Part shown: positions 50,971 through 64,000 of the stretch, in pieces
Layout of the letters: the number at the start of each line of letters is the position of its first letter
How positions within the stretch are numbered: position 1 is the first letter of the stretch
Assembly: GCA_021613535.1 (NCBI GenBank)
Contig: CP075493.1
Location: forward strand, 3,224,001-3,288,000
Reading direction: 5' to 3'
Origin: Adineta vaga
Taxonomy: Eukaryota > Animalia > Rotifera
Length of the DNA stretch: 64,000 bases
Position numbers and translations under genes: made by a program
Notes under the pieces: generated by a model
The model's input: only the letters and a program-made list of their open reading frames with translations
What the model was told of the DNA's origin: nothing
The model's database searches: none

Positions 50971-53900
50971 TTATTGTTTTATTTCGGGGGAAGAAAAAAA
51001 TGTATTATCAACGGAGATTGATGAATCATTATTGTACTTTGAATAGACAACATTGGCAAAAATGGCAATAAATATCGCTAATAAAGCAAAACCAACAGAG
51101 ATAACAAATGCCCATTGTTGATCAGTCAATGTTCGACTTTCAAATAATTTCATTGATTTCAATTTTTGAGAGGTAACTAAACGTATTCGATTGATCAATG
51201 AACTTTGTCGATCATTTATATCAGATTTTAATAAACGATTATCTAATGCTTTCGATGCCGTTAATGCAGCAGCTAAATCTTCAGGTCGTGGTAAAACGAA
51301 ATGTGTTGCTGGACTAAATGGACTATTTAATGCTAAACCTTCATTGGTTGTACGAATAGCACATACACGTGCACGATAATCAACACCGGATTCTAAATTA
51401 GTGGCACGATAGGACGTTAATTCACCATGATATAGTTCTGTATAATCAGTTTCTTTTCGATAGATTTGAAGTTGTAATACATAACTAATTGTATCTTTGC
51501 CAAGTGGTTTATGAGCTTGCCAATTAAATACACATGAAGTAGATGTAATTTCAGTAATATTTGGTGCTAAATAAACAAATTTGATGAATTTATAAAGCAA
51601 TTATTAAATACTAACCTTTTAAAGCATTTGGCGGTGCTTTTGTTGTTGAACATGTGAAGATTTCTGACCATGGACCAGCACCTGTATCATTTTTTGCACA
51701 TATACGAAAATGATACGATGTATTCTCTTGTAATTTATTGATTTTATGTGATGCTGTATTTCCCGTATAAATACAATTGAAACTAAACGAAAAAACAAGA
51801 ATTTTATTTTCATACGAACAAGTCTTTTTTTTATTGTTGTATACTTACGTTCCATCTTTATTTTCCATTTCAATTAGATAAGTTATCATACGTGTCGATG
51901 ATGATGTCTGATCAGGATTATTTGTATTTATTGAACTGGTACATTTAATTGGATTCCATTTTAATTTTAATGAATTATATGTCGCTGCAGCACATTCAAG
52001 TTGAGGAGCATCTGGTGGTAAACTTCTTGTTTGACATTTAACAGTTGAAGAATATGGACCTTGTCCAATAGTATTCACTGCACGTATACGAATTCTAATG
52101 AAAAACATATTCGAAAAGAAAATTTCAATCAATCAATCATTCAATCTTACCTATATGCTGTATCAGGTAATACTTCATCAATAATATATTCAGTCAAATC
52201 TGGACTAGCAAAAATCAATTCTTTTTCACCAATATCAATGTAATAACCCGTTATGGGTGAACCATTATTCGATGGTACTTTCCAAGTAATTGACATTGAT
52301 GTCGATTTAGGAACAACTTTCACTGATGTAACAATAGATGGTGGAGTAGCTGGCGTGACACATGATACTAACATACTATATGGACCAGGACCAGCTGTAT
52401 TCACTGCCTAGAAATACAAAATCAATATGTTTTCAATATCGAAATCATGGCAATATTCTCTTTTCTTTTACCTGTACTCGGAAAAAATAATGTGTAACCG
52501 GAATAAGACCTTTCACTTCATAGAAACAATTAGTACCACAATAGAGTTGCATGAATGAATCACTTTCTTTTCGAGACCATTCAAGACGATATTCAGTTAT
52601 CGTTCCGCCATTATTTACACCTTCTTCCCAACTTATATAGGCACTGTTTGCTGTACGACATTCAACTGAAATATTTCGTGGTGCCTCAGGTACACCAGGA
52701 CCAGAAAGAACATCAAGATATTCCGACCATGGACCAGCCTATGAAAATCATATGAAATAATTTGTTTTCGTTTCTTTTTCTATTCGAATGGCATACTCCT
52801 GCTCGATTGAATGCTCGAACTTGAAATAGATATGGACGACCGGGTAATAAACCAGCAACGACACAATCAAGATTGTGACCACGATAAACAATACGTGATG
52901 AATTATCAGAATTAATTACTTGAACTTCAAATTCTATAACCGGTGAACCACCATCATAATCAGGATAAGCTAAAAATAGATGAACATGTTTAATGCTTAG
53001 TATTAATCATCATGATTAACGTTTCTTAGACGTGCTTCTGATCTGATTTATCAGATATTTTCAATTTATCTCTAATTATTCATTAGTTTTAGTACATTGA
53101 GTATTCTTCTTATATAGTAAATGAAAATTTCTATATCACATACCCCAACGAAGATGTAAAGAATTTGCTTTTGGTTTGCCCGAAATCTTTGGTGGATGAC
53201 ATGACGTAGGTGCTACTGCTGGTGTTTTTATCTGAGTAATATCCGATGGTTCGCTATGACCACCAATACTTGAACAAGATAAACGTAAAGAATACAAATG
53301 ACCAGGTATTAATTGTTCAAGTAGATATTCAGTATCTAAACCATTATAAATCACATGAAAACCTAGAAAATACCATAAATAAATTGAATCATTTAATTTT
53401 TCATTCTTTCTTACCTTTTGATTCTTCAAGTTCTAAATGATATTGTTGAATCTCTGCTCCACCATTATCTCTTGGTGGATCTAAAATGAATTATTGTATT
53501 TATGTGAGAATACGAAAAATAGAAATGTTTTACCCCAAACTATACGACATTGCGTAGCTTGAATATGTCCTTTTATTCGAGGTTTTGCCGGTGGATCGGG
53601 TCGATCAGGTAATGTTTTATATGTCGCAATTTGAGAATAATTACTTTGTCCTTCTTGATTATGTGCTGACAACTAAAAATTAAATTCGAATCGATATAGA
53701 AATCAAACGAGAGAAATAATCAATTACTCGAAATTTATATTCAGTATTTCGATATAAATCTGTCACAGTATAAGTTAATAAAGATCCAGTATATTTATTA
53801 CGAAAATAATTCGATTCATCATTCATTTGTAATGTAAATGTTTCATCACTAGGTCGACTTGTCCAATTCAATGTTAAAGTTTTTATACCTTTATCTAATA

Positions 53901-56900
53901 ACATTGGAGGATCAGGTTCAGGAGGTATAGTACCTAAGGTACTGAATCGAATTGTTTCACTAAATTCACTGAAAAACAAAAACAACATTGAATTATATTT
54001 ATTTACTTAGTTTATCTTTACCTTCGTCCAATACTGTTCTCAGCAGCCAAACGAAACTTATAAAATGTTGCAGGTGTTAATTTATTTAACATAAATTGTT
54101 TCTTTATTCCACGATAGACTTCAATAAATTCTCGTCCTTTTCCCTAAAACATAATATGCATTTAAAAGAAATCGAAGATTTATTTTTACGAAAAACAAAC
54201 TTCATCATATTCAAGAATGTAATTGCTTATTTTTGAGCCATTATCAGCTGTTGCTGTCCATTTTAATGTAAGAGAATTTTTTAATCGACTACCCAATAAT
54301 TTTGGTGGAGTAGGTCGATCAGGTTCACATTGTTCCGTTACAAATGGAACGGGATTGGTATATTCACCTTTACATGAATCAATACAAGCACATACTCTTA
54401 AGAAAGAAAACAAGTTCTTCAATCGAAATAAATTTCAATAGAAAATATCATTACTTTAAATGGTATTCTGTTGCAGGTTTCAGATCTTTTAAAGTTATTT
54501 CAATAGCATCACCACTAAAAGAAAACGAATGTTTGTGAAAAGAAATTGTGAGTTAGATTTTACCAATAAACTTGTTTATATTTCGCATCTTTGCCTTTAT
54601 CTGACAATAATAGTTCGAATATAAGATTTGTAAAATCAATGGAATAATCCGATTGAGATGATGTTGATGAAGTTTCACGTGGTGGTTGAATTCTTACTAA
54701 TGCACTTCGACTTTCAATATCTTGAATCTAATTTTTATAAAAACAAAAAAGAAAGATAGTTTCTTGAAAATTGTTTCAAAAATAATATACTTACAATCAG
54801 TGGAGATAGTTTCGACAAGGTTTTTTCGATAGTTTGTCGTTCTTTATCAAATTCTGCTGTAGTTACTAAATCGACAGATTCATTTGTTGGTTGAACAACC
54901 ATATCCGAATAAAATGTTGGATAATGCGCTGATGGGTGGTGATGATGATGATGATGTTGAGATTTATGTGAACCATCTAAATCAATTGAGATTTATGTTA
55001 AATGTATTTATATAAAATAGATGAGAAACTTTTACGAAAAAAAAGACCTATGAGAAATTTTGTGTTTAAACGTATTTGTCGATAACTCTTAATCGGAAAA
55101 GTTTGATTAAAATGATTTTCCATTAAATCAATTATTTCTTTTCTTTTTGTCGTCGAATATAAAATCGAGCGCTTTTTTTTCCTTCAATATACTTACTCAT
55201 ATTAATATTATTTACATAGGAATTTTTATTCGAATGTGATGGAAGAATACGTCGTTTTGGCCCACTATTATTTAAATTTCTTCCATTTGAATTTCCTCCT
55301 CCTCCCGTAGTCGGACTACAATGATTATTGTTTGTATTATATACAGATGAACCATGCTGTTGGTTATTGGTTGCATCAGTTGATGAGGTATTAATAGATG
55401 TATTGCCTCCGATGGAAGTTGGAGTTGACGAACCATTACTATCCGCGGCAAGATGAAGTAAATTATGTGATGCTAAATAGAAAAAGAAATATTCTCGATA
55501 TTAGTTTGCCTTTGAAAAACTCCATGTGTCGTACGATTAGTTGTAGATGATGATATTGATGAAGAAGTATGATTACAAGGAGAACGTGAAGGATATGTTA
55601 ATGTATCAGTTGGATAAGGTCCATAAACATTTGAATTATGATATTGTGAAGGATGACCATAAAGTCCATTGTATGGTGATGGAGGATAACCGGTATGCTA
55701 GAAAAGAAGTAGAGAATGAATTGTCTGTTTTTGTCTAGTGAAGAATATGAATTTACTAAATGATGATGAGGTGGTGGCGGTGGAGGTGGAGGTGGTCCTG
55801 GTTGTGACATAATAACATGTGTTAATACACCATTCTCGTCTAGAACTTGTTGAACCATATGTCCAGGTGGTAAATGTAAAGGCAATGGAAAAGCTGGTCC
55901 GTTCTCTGAGATCATTCTCACTGTTGCAGGACCTAAAAATATACAGTAAGATTAATTCACTATCGATCGATATGATAAAGAGATACGATAAAGAATGAAA
56001 CAAATTGTCAAACTTTTCTTTCCATTTCCTTTTCTTTTTTTTCTTCCTTTTGTATTCAAGGTACACTAAGCTTAGTAAAAAGGTCATTGATATTATACGA
56101 AGTAGAAGGAAGAGAGAGAGAGAGAGAGAGACAGAGAGATAGAGAAAAAAACAGCAGCTATTTGTCACGACTGGTCGGATCGTGGGCGAATAACTGATTC
56201 GATGAATGGTACGATGACGTCAATTAAAGACAACAATCCTATCACCGATTATCTCTATCCAGGCACTGTTGCTAGAGAAGAGAACGATTAGTAAATACAA
56301 CGATAAATCGAGTATTGCTAATCTTTTATCTTTCTATATCCATAGAATATTGCTGCTTATACTTATACTATTCTTGCGGTTAGAACCATGTGTAGTCTGC
56401 ATCAATCATAATCATGCATTACTATTTTGTACGCTATACTCCCTCATAGGATATACGAGTACAATATTATGATGATGATGATGAATCATATATATATATA
56501 TATATATATGTGTGAAGAAGAAAAGAAAGAATTCGAAAACCTAAGAATTTTTTCTTCTCCAGTATCTTTCTATCTTTAGTATCAATTAATTTCGTAAAGA
56601 AAAACAGGAAAAAAAAGGCATTTACTATTTTGATAAAACATACTCTGTTGTTGTTGCGTAGTCATATGCGCAACAAACCATGAATGTAATTGATCATGAC
56701 TGGAAGTCGTTGATGATGATGATGAATGTATTTCGCTACTACCATTCGAATTACTATTATTATTATTATTCTGATTAAAATGAAAACGATATGGTTGAGG
56801 AGGGAAATATGGATGAGATACATGAGGTGGTGAAGGTGTTGCAGGAATTAATAAACGTTGATGCTTGGATGAATCTGGTGATGATGTATTGGATGAGCCG

Positions 56901-58332
56901 GATGATGTGGGTGGATAAAATCCATTTTTTGAAAATGATCCCATTTCATACATGATCACCGTTTCGATATTGATTTTTGACAAGAAGATGTTCTCTACAC
57001 GCGTGTATCTCTGCCATAGGTTGTAGTTGTCCAATATACTTTCTTTTTTTGCAGTATGAATGTGTACTCTTGCTCGTTGTTCTTTTCTTTTTCTTTCTTT
57101 ATCTCCCTCTGTCTGTTTCTCCTCTCTCTCTCTCTTCTTTTCTCTTTCTCTTGCTTTTTCCTGTACACACAATTAGAATAACTGAAGAACGAGCGACAAC
57201 GAATGTACATAGACTACATACACAAGAACGGAACTCTCACTTCTGCCACAACTCCTATTCGTTCGTTTGTCTTCAATAGTGTTCTTTTCCCTCTTCTTCT
57301 GTTCTTCTTCTTCTTCTTCTTGTTCTATCAAACTTCCCATTCATCAATATGCAATGCATAAAAATAAACATATACAATAGTCGTCGAACGACCATCAACT
57401 AAGGACGATATTTGTTTTCGTGAAAAGCATCTTATTCTTATTCTTATTCTTCTTTGCTTTGTTAGAGGAAAGACAAAAAAAACAGTACATATCTCTTCAT
57501 ACAGCTGACCATCACATCTATCTATCCAGATATATGTTCTTATCTAGAGAAAAGTTCATTTATTGATTAAGTCTACGAGAAATAAAGGCCAGATATCATA
57601 ATCATTTATCAGAATTTTTTTATCTGAAAAGACCTTGTCAATTGTCACTTTAGATACGCCCTACCAAATTAACTAGACATCTTACACTCCAGGCATTAAT
57701 ATGATACATATCTCGAACTAAAAAGAAAATGATAACTAGAGAAAAAGAAGAAAAAAAAACAACAAACTGCTTTCATCAATCAATTGTTTTGACAACATAA
57801 ATATCGTTTGTTTTCTAGTTCTATACTAGTCAATCATGATAAACAAATCGGATATGATATACAAGTTATGTATCACAAAGAAAATAGTAACAATTTATAT
57901 ATCGAAATACAATAACTTGTTCAAACAACGTTATTACATTGAAATCAACTTACCATGTACTTCTTTGACTTCATTATCAATTTGAACACGAAAAATCTGT
58001 CCAGGTTTAACAAGAATTCGAGCAACAGATGGACGTGTTGTACCTAACGATGAATCTGTTGAAATTGCTTCGGTGAATGATGCATCAGCAGTGATCATAT
58101 TTATTGAATTGATTGTTGATAGATCTGTTTCTATTATATCATCTTCATTATTTAGATTATTATCATTTGTAATTTTCATATGATTTTCATTGGATTCAGA
58201 AGTTGGTCCTTGTTCTTGAAGTTTTTCTTCTGAATCAATAAGATCAGTCGATGTCATTGATGTTGATGCAATATTTGTTTCTTGATATTCAAGATCATTG
58301 ATTTGTTCAGATAAATCACTTGTTGAAGCCAT
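50971..58332 (-). CDS. FNDC3: Fibronectin type III domain-containing protein 3 (FNDC3A/B-like)
   Basis: ILVKPGQIFRVQ..VHG|PATVRMIS..LPPGHMVQQVLDENGVLTHVI N-terminus, many FN3 repeats (DNGSKI, GPGPYS, NNGSPI), C-terminal TM after LTDQQWA. Confidence 0.93.
56626..56953 (-). CDS. FNDC3: Probable alternative first coding exon of FNDC3
   Basis: ATG 56953 opens a S/P/H-rich frame ending at a phase-1 GT donor, the same phase as the 58332-57954 exon and compatible with the acceptor at 55932. Confidence 0.6.
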
Positions 58333-61300
58333 TGAAATACTATGAATAAACAATTGAACGATTAAGAATCAATTGAAGGCCAACATCGATGACGACGATG
58401 ATTATGAAAAACCATCCAAATCATCTAGAAAAAAAACAATTTATAATCATGATATAACAAAACAGATCTTATTCTGAACTCGCTTTGTCATCGTTGCTAT
58501 CTCGAGGTTTTTTTGTCTCACTCTTTCTTTCATTTTTCTTTTCCTATTATCTTATTCTTGTCGAGATGATGAGTACATACAGAACTTGTGTATATCACTC
58601 CTTTACAAATGACAACATCAACTAATCAGAAGCGAAAAAAAAAATAACTATCAACGATAACAATCAAGCACGGACAACTAGTTAATGCAAAAAGAAGTTT
58701 TTTTTTCTTTTTTTTTCATCAATGAATGATAGTACATTGTGGGTGGAACGTGACTTTGACGACCCTTTCCTGTTAAATCCTCACTTTCTCTTTTTTTCGA
58801 AACAAAATCCTTCAAATTGCCATCTGTTCGGTCAAGAATAAATGCAATAGAAATGATGTCGTCTACGTTTCTTCTCTTTCTCTATCTCTGTGTCAATATT
58901 TTTATTGAGATTCTTGTTAAACGACGCGCTTTCTTTCTCTCTATTCCTTCTTTTATTCAACATTATTTCCCGTTCTCCTCAAAAACACATTACAGAACAA
59001 TCACGAGAAAGAATACAAAACGATCAAAAAAAACGAAGAAGAAGAACAAGAACAAGAGAAAAAAGAGATACAACAATTCTTTTCTAAACAAAGTCCTTAC
59101 TCGACTCATATTTCCTTTCTATATGAAGTTACTATTTGTTATTCTTATCATTTTGATACATGTTTCTAATATTTAACTTTATACTAAATTACAAACAAAC
59201 GGATGTTAAATTAGAATAAATGTATAAAAAAAAGAAAAGAAAACCATATGGTCGACATCAGTACTATTCTGTATCTCATATGACAACAATAATAACAATA
59301 TCATTCTTACCTATCAACAACGAGAAAGAAAAAACGAAGTTTTTCTATGTACTAATAGAATTATGACTACTATTTGCTAAGGCGATATGTGAAACAAATG
59401 GTACCAATATATATATATATATATATCGACGACTGACTGCTGTTTTTTCTTTGAGTTCTGTTTTGTTTTTAAATCGTAATAGCTAACAGGTGACTATAGT
59501 TCTCATGTCTATGACATACTAATGTGACAAACATATGATCAACTTACTCTCCTGGTGATCGATAGAGAAAAAAGAAGCAAGAAGAAGGAGAAAAAAAATC
59601 GAAAGATCGATATGGCACATTTGATGTTCCGATTCGATTAGTCTAATCAATTACTGCCTTCTCAAGTTTACTTAACGATAATAGAAAGAGAAGAATTTCA
59701 TTTTCTAAAATGCATATACTCTCTAAGTTAGATATTGTCGATCTTATGAATAGATTTTACATACATCTTGTCTATCGAAAGAAAAAAAATCGATTGACTG
59801 AAAAGCGGAAGCATGGTGCGTAGGTGTTAGGTTTCTAACATTTGCGTTCTTGAAGTAAATTCCTATATTGTTGAATAGACGAGAAGAAGAGGGCGCGCAT
59901 CTCTTCTTTGTATGTTGCCGAATCGACAAGAAGAGTTGTTATTGAGGTCGTGTCGTCGTTTTTAGTCGGAAAAAGGGATGACGCGAATAAGAGAGAAAGA
60001 AGAAAAAGGAGAAAGAAAAGAATAGATAGATAGATATGAATATAAAAAAAGAAAAACTTGCATTCCGTTCTTTCTTCTCTTCTCTTCTGTTCTACGAATT
60101 GGCTTGCGGCCGAAAAACCTCAATCTTTCATCATACAATGTGAATGCAAAGACTTGATAATCATAATAGAAAATGGGATAAAACAGCGAGAAAAGAGTTA
60201 CATAGAGAAGTGGATGGGTAGGCGGTGGAAAAGAATAAATGAAAATAGAAAGGAGACAACGATTAGCACTTCTCTCTTCAATCTATAGAATAATGTTAAT
60301 TCTCAATATTCAACGCAAATTAAATGAATATTATGAATGATCATTTCGATATTTTCTCCTAGTCAAATCATAATTGATAATGTTGAAAAAGTCTCACTAG
60401 AAAATCCAATTGAACTGAAATCGATCAATATTTACTTCACGTTTCGTATGTAAATATAAATATGAAAGTACAATGTTTTCTTTTCTTAATATCATTATTC
60501 AATATTTCGTTTCAACGAGTCTAAAATCAACAGATTATTTCGATAGTGTAATAAATAGATTGCTAAGTCTCTTTCTTCTTATCTTTACAGTACAAATGGA
60601 TAATAAAAAAAGAAAAGATGAGAAACTATTTTGTTCTTTGAAAATACTTACGAAAAACTTCAAGTAATCCTTAATTATTTTATAACTTGAGAATCTATAT
60701 TAAACACATATATGCGAAAAGTGATTTAGTACACTGTAAAAGAGTATATTTGACATAATAAAGAATAAGATTTATATCTAATGATCTCGAACTAGTTTTC
60801 AGAAGATTCTCTACAATTCATTCTATGAATGAACCATCGTTTTATTTTTGTTCTATTTCTTGGAATAGAAAGAAATGTGTGAGTGTGAGAAGAGTGTAAA
60901 TGAATTTATTTATTTGTTTTCTTTGATGCTATCGTCATTGGTTAGGAAAGATTTACCATTCAAATAGTTGAAAAGGTGTCGCCAATAATTGTAGGTTTGA
61001 AAAGAAGCAAGAAGTTTGATCCGTTGAAGATGAATAGATCTGTCGATGATCGGATGAAACACACAAGGATAGAGCGATGAGAAAAGGCAAAATCTCATTT
61101 AGATAAGAGGTGTAGACATATCATCATTAAGGAATAAATTGTATAAATACAGCACAAAATTATCAAAATCTCTTTGGATTTAGTTCTTTTTCTTTGCGGA
61201 ATCAATACTCAAAATAAATCGATATCTATAAGACATAACGCACTTTGAAGGAGATACTGCTGAATCAAGTATTAGTTCGATTTCGAAACTATACATACGG

Positions 61301-61951
61301 ATAGCATATGATAATCTGCTCATTCAATTTACTTATGTCAATCAGAAAAACGATTATAATCGATCGAACACATATTTTCTCTCATGTAAATCATAGCATG
61401 TTTAATAATGATGGAAACCTTTATAATAATAATAAAAACTGTTGTTCAATGCTATTCCTAATTTTACATAGAAAGCCTTGTTTTATTATATTTTAATAGT
61501 GAAAATTTCTTTTTTCATCAAGGTCGATCGAAACTTGTCAAAAATAAGTCGTATTTCTTCTTCTTCTTCTTTTTTTCTCACTTCTCTTCTTATTTTCAAC
61601 TAACACTCGATTTTAAATATAGAAATTTTGTTTCTTTTGTAACATTGTATTCAACAAGAAAAAATTCTCTTTCAAAAATAAACGGCAAAGAATGATTCAC
61701 ATGAATGACAATACATTAGGTTTCTCTCAAAGTTTTTTTTTTCAACTACGCCTTTCTAAAGATTGACGAGTACGTCGGACAAGTTTCCTTAGTAACACAA
61801 TAGTTATTATTCTCTTGAAACGAATCAATGCCATTTGAAAGATTTTTTTTCTTCAGTGAGTAAATTTTTGAAGATATTTACTATGTAAACGTAAATATAT
61901 AATTTAGTGATCATTTGATTTCAGATTTAACAAATTATTGCTTAACATAAG

Positions 61952-62602
61952 ATGGCATCAGGTGGAAATAATGATTTAAAAGCTGCTTTTGATACCTATT
62001 CACGATTTGGTAAAACAGAAACACAATTAAAAGAAAAAGATCTTCGAATTGATTCAAGAAATCTTCAAAAAATGATGAAAGATGCACATGTAATCGATAC
62101 GAAATATACCACACAATTGTTTGATAATGATATTTCTCGTGTTCTCGGTAAACTTACCAGTGGTGGAACTTATCAAAAAGGAATGTAAGTGAACATTTTT
62201 TCGTTAGGATTTCATTTCAAAATCGGAGATATTTAGTAAAACATTTGAATTAAATGGTTTCAAACAACTTATTGATCAAATTGCTGAATCGAAGAAAACA
62301 TCGGCTGATCAAATTATCTCTCAAATTAACTCGACAGGTGGACCAAGTTTAGCTGGTGTTACGGTAAGTTTTCATGGAAATGAATACTTCAAATTTGAAT
62401 TGAATAATTTCTATTTTAGACAACAGCTAACAAAGATATTACTGGCCGTATGACCGATACTTCTCAATATACAGGTGCACATAAAGAACGATTTGATGCA
62501 GAAGGACATGGCAAAGGAAAAGAAGGTCGTTCTGATGAAGCAAAAAATACAGGCTATGTTGGCAACTATAAAAATGAAGGTACCTATGACAAAAAACATT
62601 AA
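61952..62602 (+). CDS. TPPP: Tubulin polymerization-promoting protein (p25-alpha family)
   Basis: Three exons: [72 protein letters not shown]. Confidence 0.95.
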
Positions 62603-63259
62603 ATCCAATCGATCAATATATACAAAACACTTATCTAAATCCTTATTTTTTATTGTAAAAAGAAACCCACACATTTTTTTTCTTCTTTTTCTTAAATTGT
62701 CTTTTATTTAGACTTTATGATAATCATGCCATAGTAGAAATAAAAGCATTTTAGTTAGTATCGTACAGTTTCTTTTTCTCGTTTTTTTTCTGATCAAGAA
62801 CAGAAACATGTCAAAGTATGACGAAAATATAGCCTTGATTTGCCTTTTTTCTCTCATACCGATCATTTATTTGAAATAGAAATGCAAAACGTTGTAGCTG
62901 ATGTTGTTTTTTTTACTTCTCTTCTCTTTCTTTTTCTTACATATTTTTCTATATCGCTATATATTGACGCAAAAGCAAAAAGAAAGAAAGTGGGCAGAGA
63001 AAGAGCGAAAGAGAAAGAAAAAACGGCTTACTCATCTATTTTCAAACATCGACTTACCTAATAGAAGTATTCATTGAGGAAAATGAATGCGTTGTTTTTC
63101 TTTTTTTTATTATATTTATTCTTTTTTTCTCTCCATTTGATAAGATTTAACTATCTGTGTTATTTTAACAAAACACACACACACACATACGACAACAATT
63201 CTCTCTCGTTTCTTTTTATTCTTCGACGTATTTTTGGGTAAGTTTTATTACCAAGCAAA

Positions 63260-63267
63260 TGACGTCA
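63260..63267. promoter_or_regulatory. Perfect CRE (TGACGTCA) upstream of the putative bZIP gene
   Basis: About 380 bp upstream of ATG 63648, near a TATA-like aatatatata at about 63291. Confidence 0.35.
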
Positions 63268-63647
63268 TTTCAAATAACAGAAATCATGTTAATATATATA
63301 TGGTGACACATTTTTGATCGACAATGAAAAGACATTTACTTGTTAGTTCTAAACGATTGAATTTATAGAATAGTTTTGCCCTTGGAAGTTAATTAAATGA
63401 TGAAAATAAACAGCAAAGTACGTTTTGCTGATGTCATCATATGATATTATCATTGTTCTTCATCGTTTGTATATGTATGACATATAGATCGTTTTTTGAC
63501 GGTGTAATGATTGCATATAGATAGTTAATAGCACTATGTTACTTTTTTCTTTTGCTGCTCGACAATCATATATCGGGGAAAAAACCAAGTGTTTTAAAGG
63601 AAGTCAATCTTGTTTGTTTTTCATTTTGTTTTAGTTATTCTTTTGAA

Positions 63648-64000
63648 ATGCTTTCAAAATTCGATAGTATTACTTCTATTGTTGATTATCTTCGAGAACC
63701 CATTGCTTCACCAGCGATAAAAGATTCGTCTAATAAGATCAATAATGGATTAAAAGTATCGAAAAAACAACGAAAAACAAAAGGTTTAACAAATGCTGCG
63801 AGTACGTTACCCTCTCCTCCACATCGTCTACCACAAGAAGAAATTATTGCTAACATTGAAGTTTTGCCGAAAGGTCGTGTGAGGTAAAGGTTAGATTTAA
63901 GCGATTAAATTGTTTAGTTCATTGTATTCGATTAGATATGGTCCAATAACCGTTAATCCACGTAAATTACCATCCAAAACTTTATTCACAGGTCGTCGAT
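63648..64000 (+). CDS. 5' part of a probable Fos/ATF3-like bZIP gene (truncated by the window end)
   Basis: Spliced GRVR|YGPITVNPRKLPSKTLFTGRR resembles, by recall, the motif preceding the basic region in rotifer Fos-like proteins. The bZIP itself is outside the window. Confidence 0.5.

Noticed and set aside
58400-61900. Short ORFs and simple repeats upstream of FNDC3 and TPPP
   Set aside because: Low-complexity A/G- and T/C-rich promoter and UTR sequence without coding signal.
1-64000. tRNA, rRNA, spliced-leader RNA genes or telomeric repeats
   Set aside because: None recognised by eye. A covariance-model scan would be needed to exclude small RNAs.

Overview
AT-rich eukaryotic genomic DNA with many short (about 50-70 nt) GT-AG introns. 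Gene content and style suggest a bdelloid rotifer (inference): receiver-like/ART/TPR toxin-like genes, rotifer-type Fos-like and B-box genes, and several non-metazoan-type genes. Three zones are visible. (1) 1-2232 is the 3' end of an LRR gene built as a 141-bp tandem array of near-identical exon+intron units (84-nt phase-0 exon = one 28-aa RI/NLR-type LRR; 57-nt intron). Variation is concentrated at ligand-face residues and reassorts between units; this is the most striking system in the window. (2) About 2.3-12.4 kb is a decayed accessory zone with MITEs, a ~30.5-bp-period palindrome-spacer array beside a probable transposase relic, pseudogenes and a local duplication. (3) 12.4-64 kb is gene-dense: secreted 4x CBM1-like protein, two tandem ADP-ribosyltransferase-TPR paralogs sharing a conversion-like tract, B-box protein, RPS16, TMEM209, SLC16-like MFS, SAM/Pointed-only protein, protist-type secreted protein, vWA/DUF4537 protein, nuclear receptor, PIM-like kinase, PqaA/AprA-like hydrolase, C2H2 factor, CAX antiporter, EF-hand protein, FNDC3, TPPP and the start of a probable bZIP gene. 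Gene models were spliced by eye and family calls come from recalled motifs; no database searches were run.
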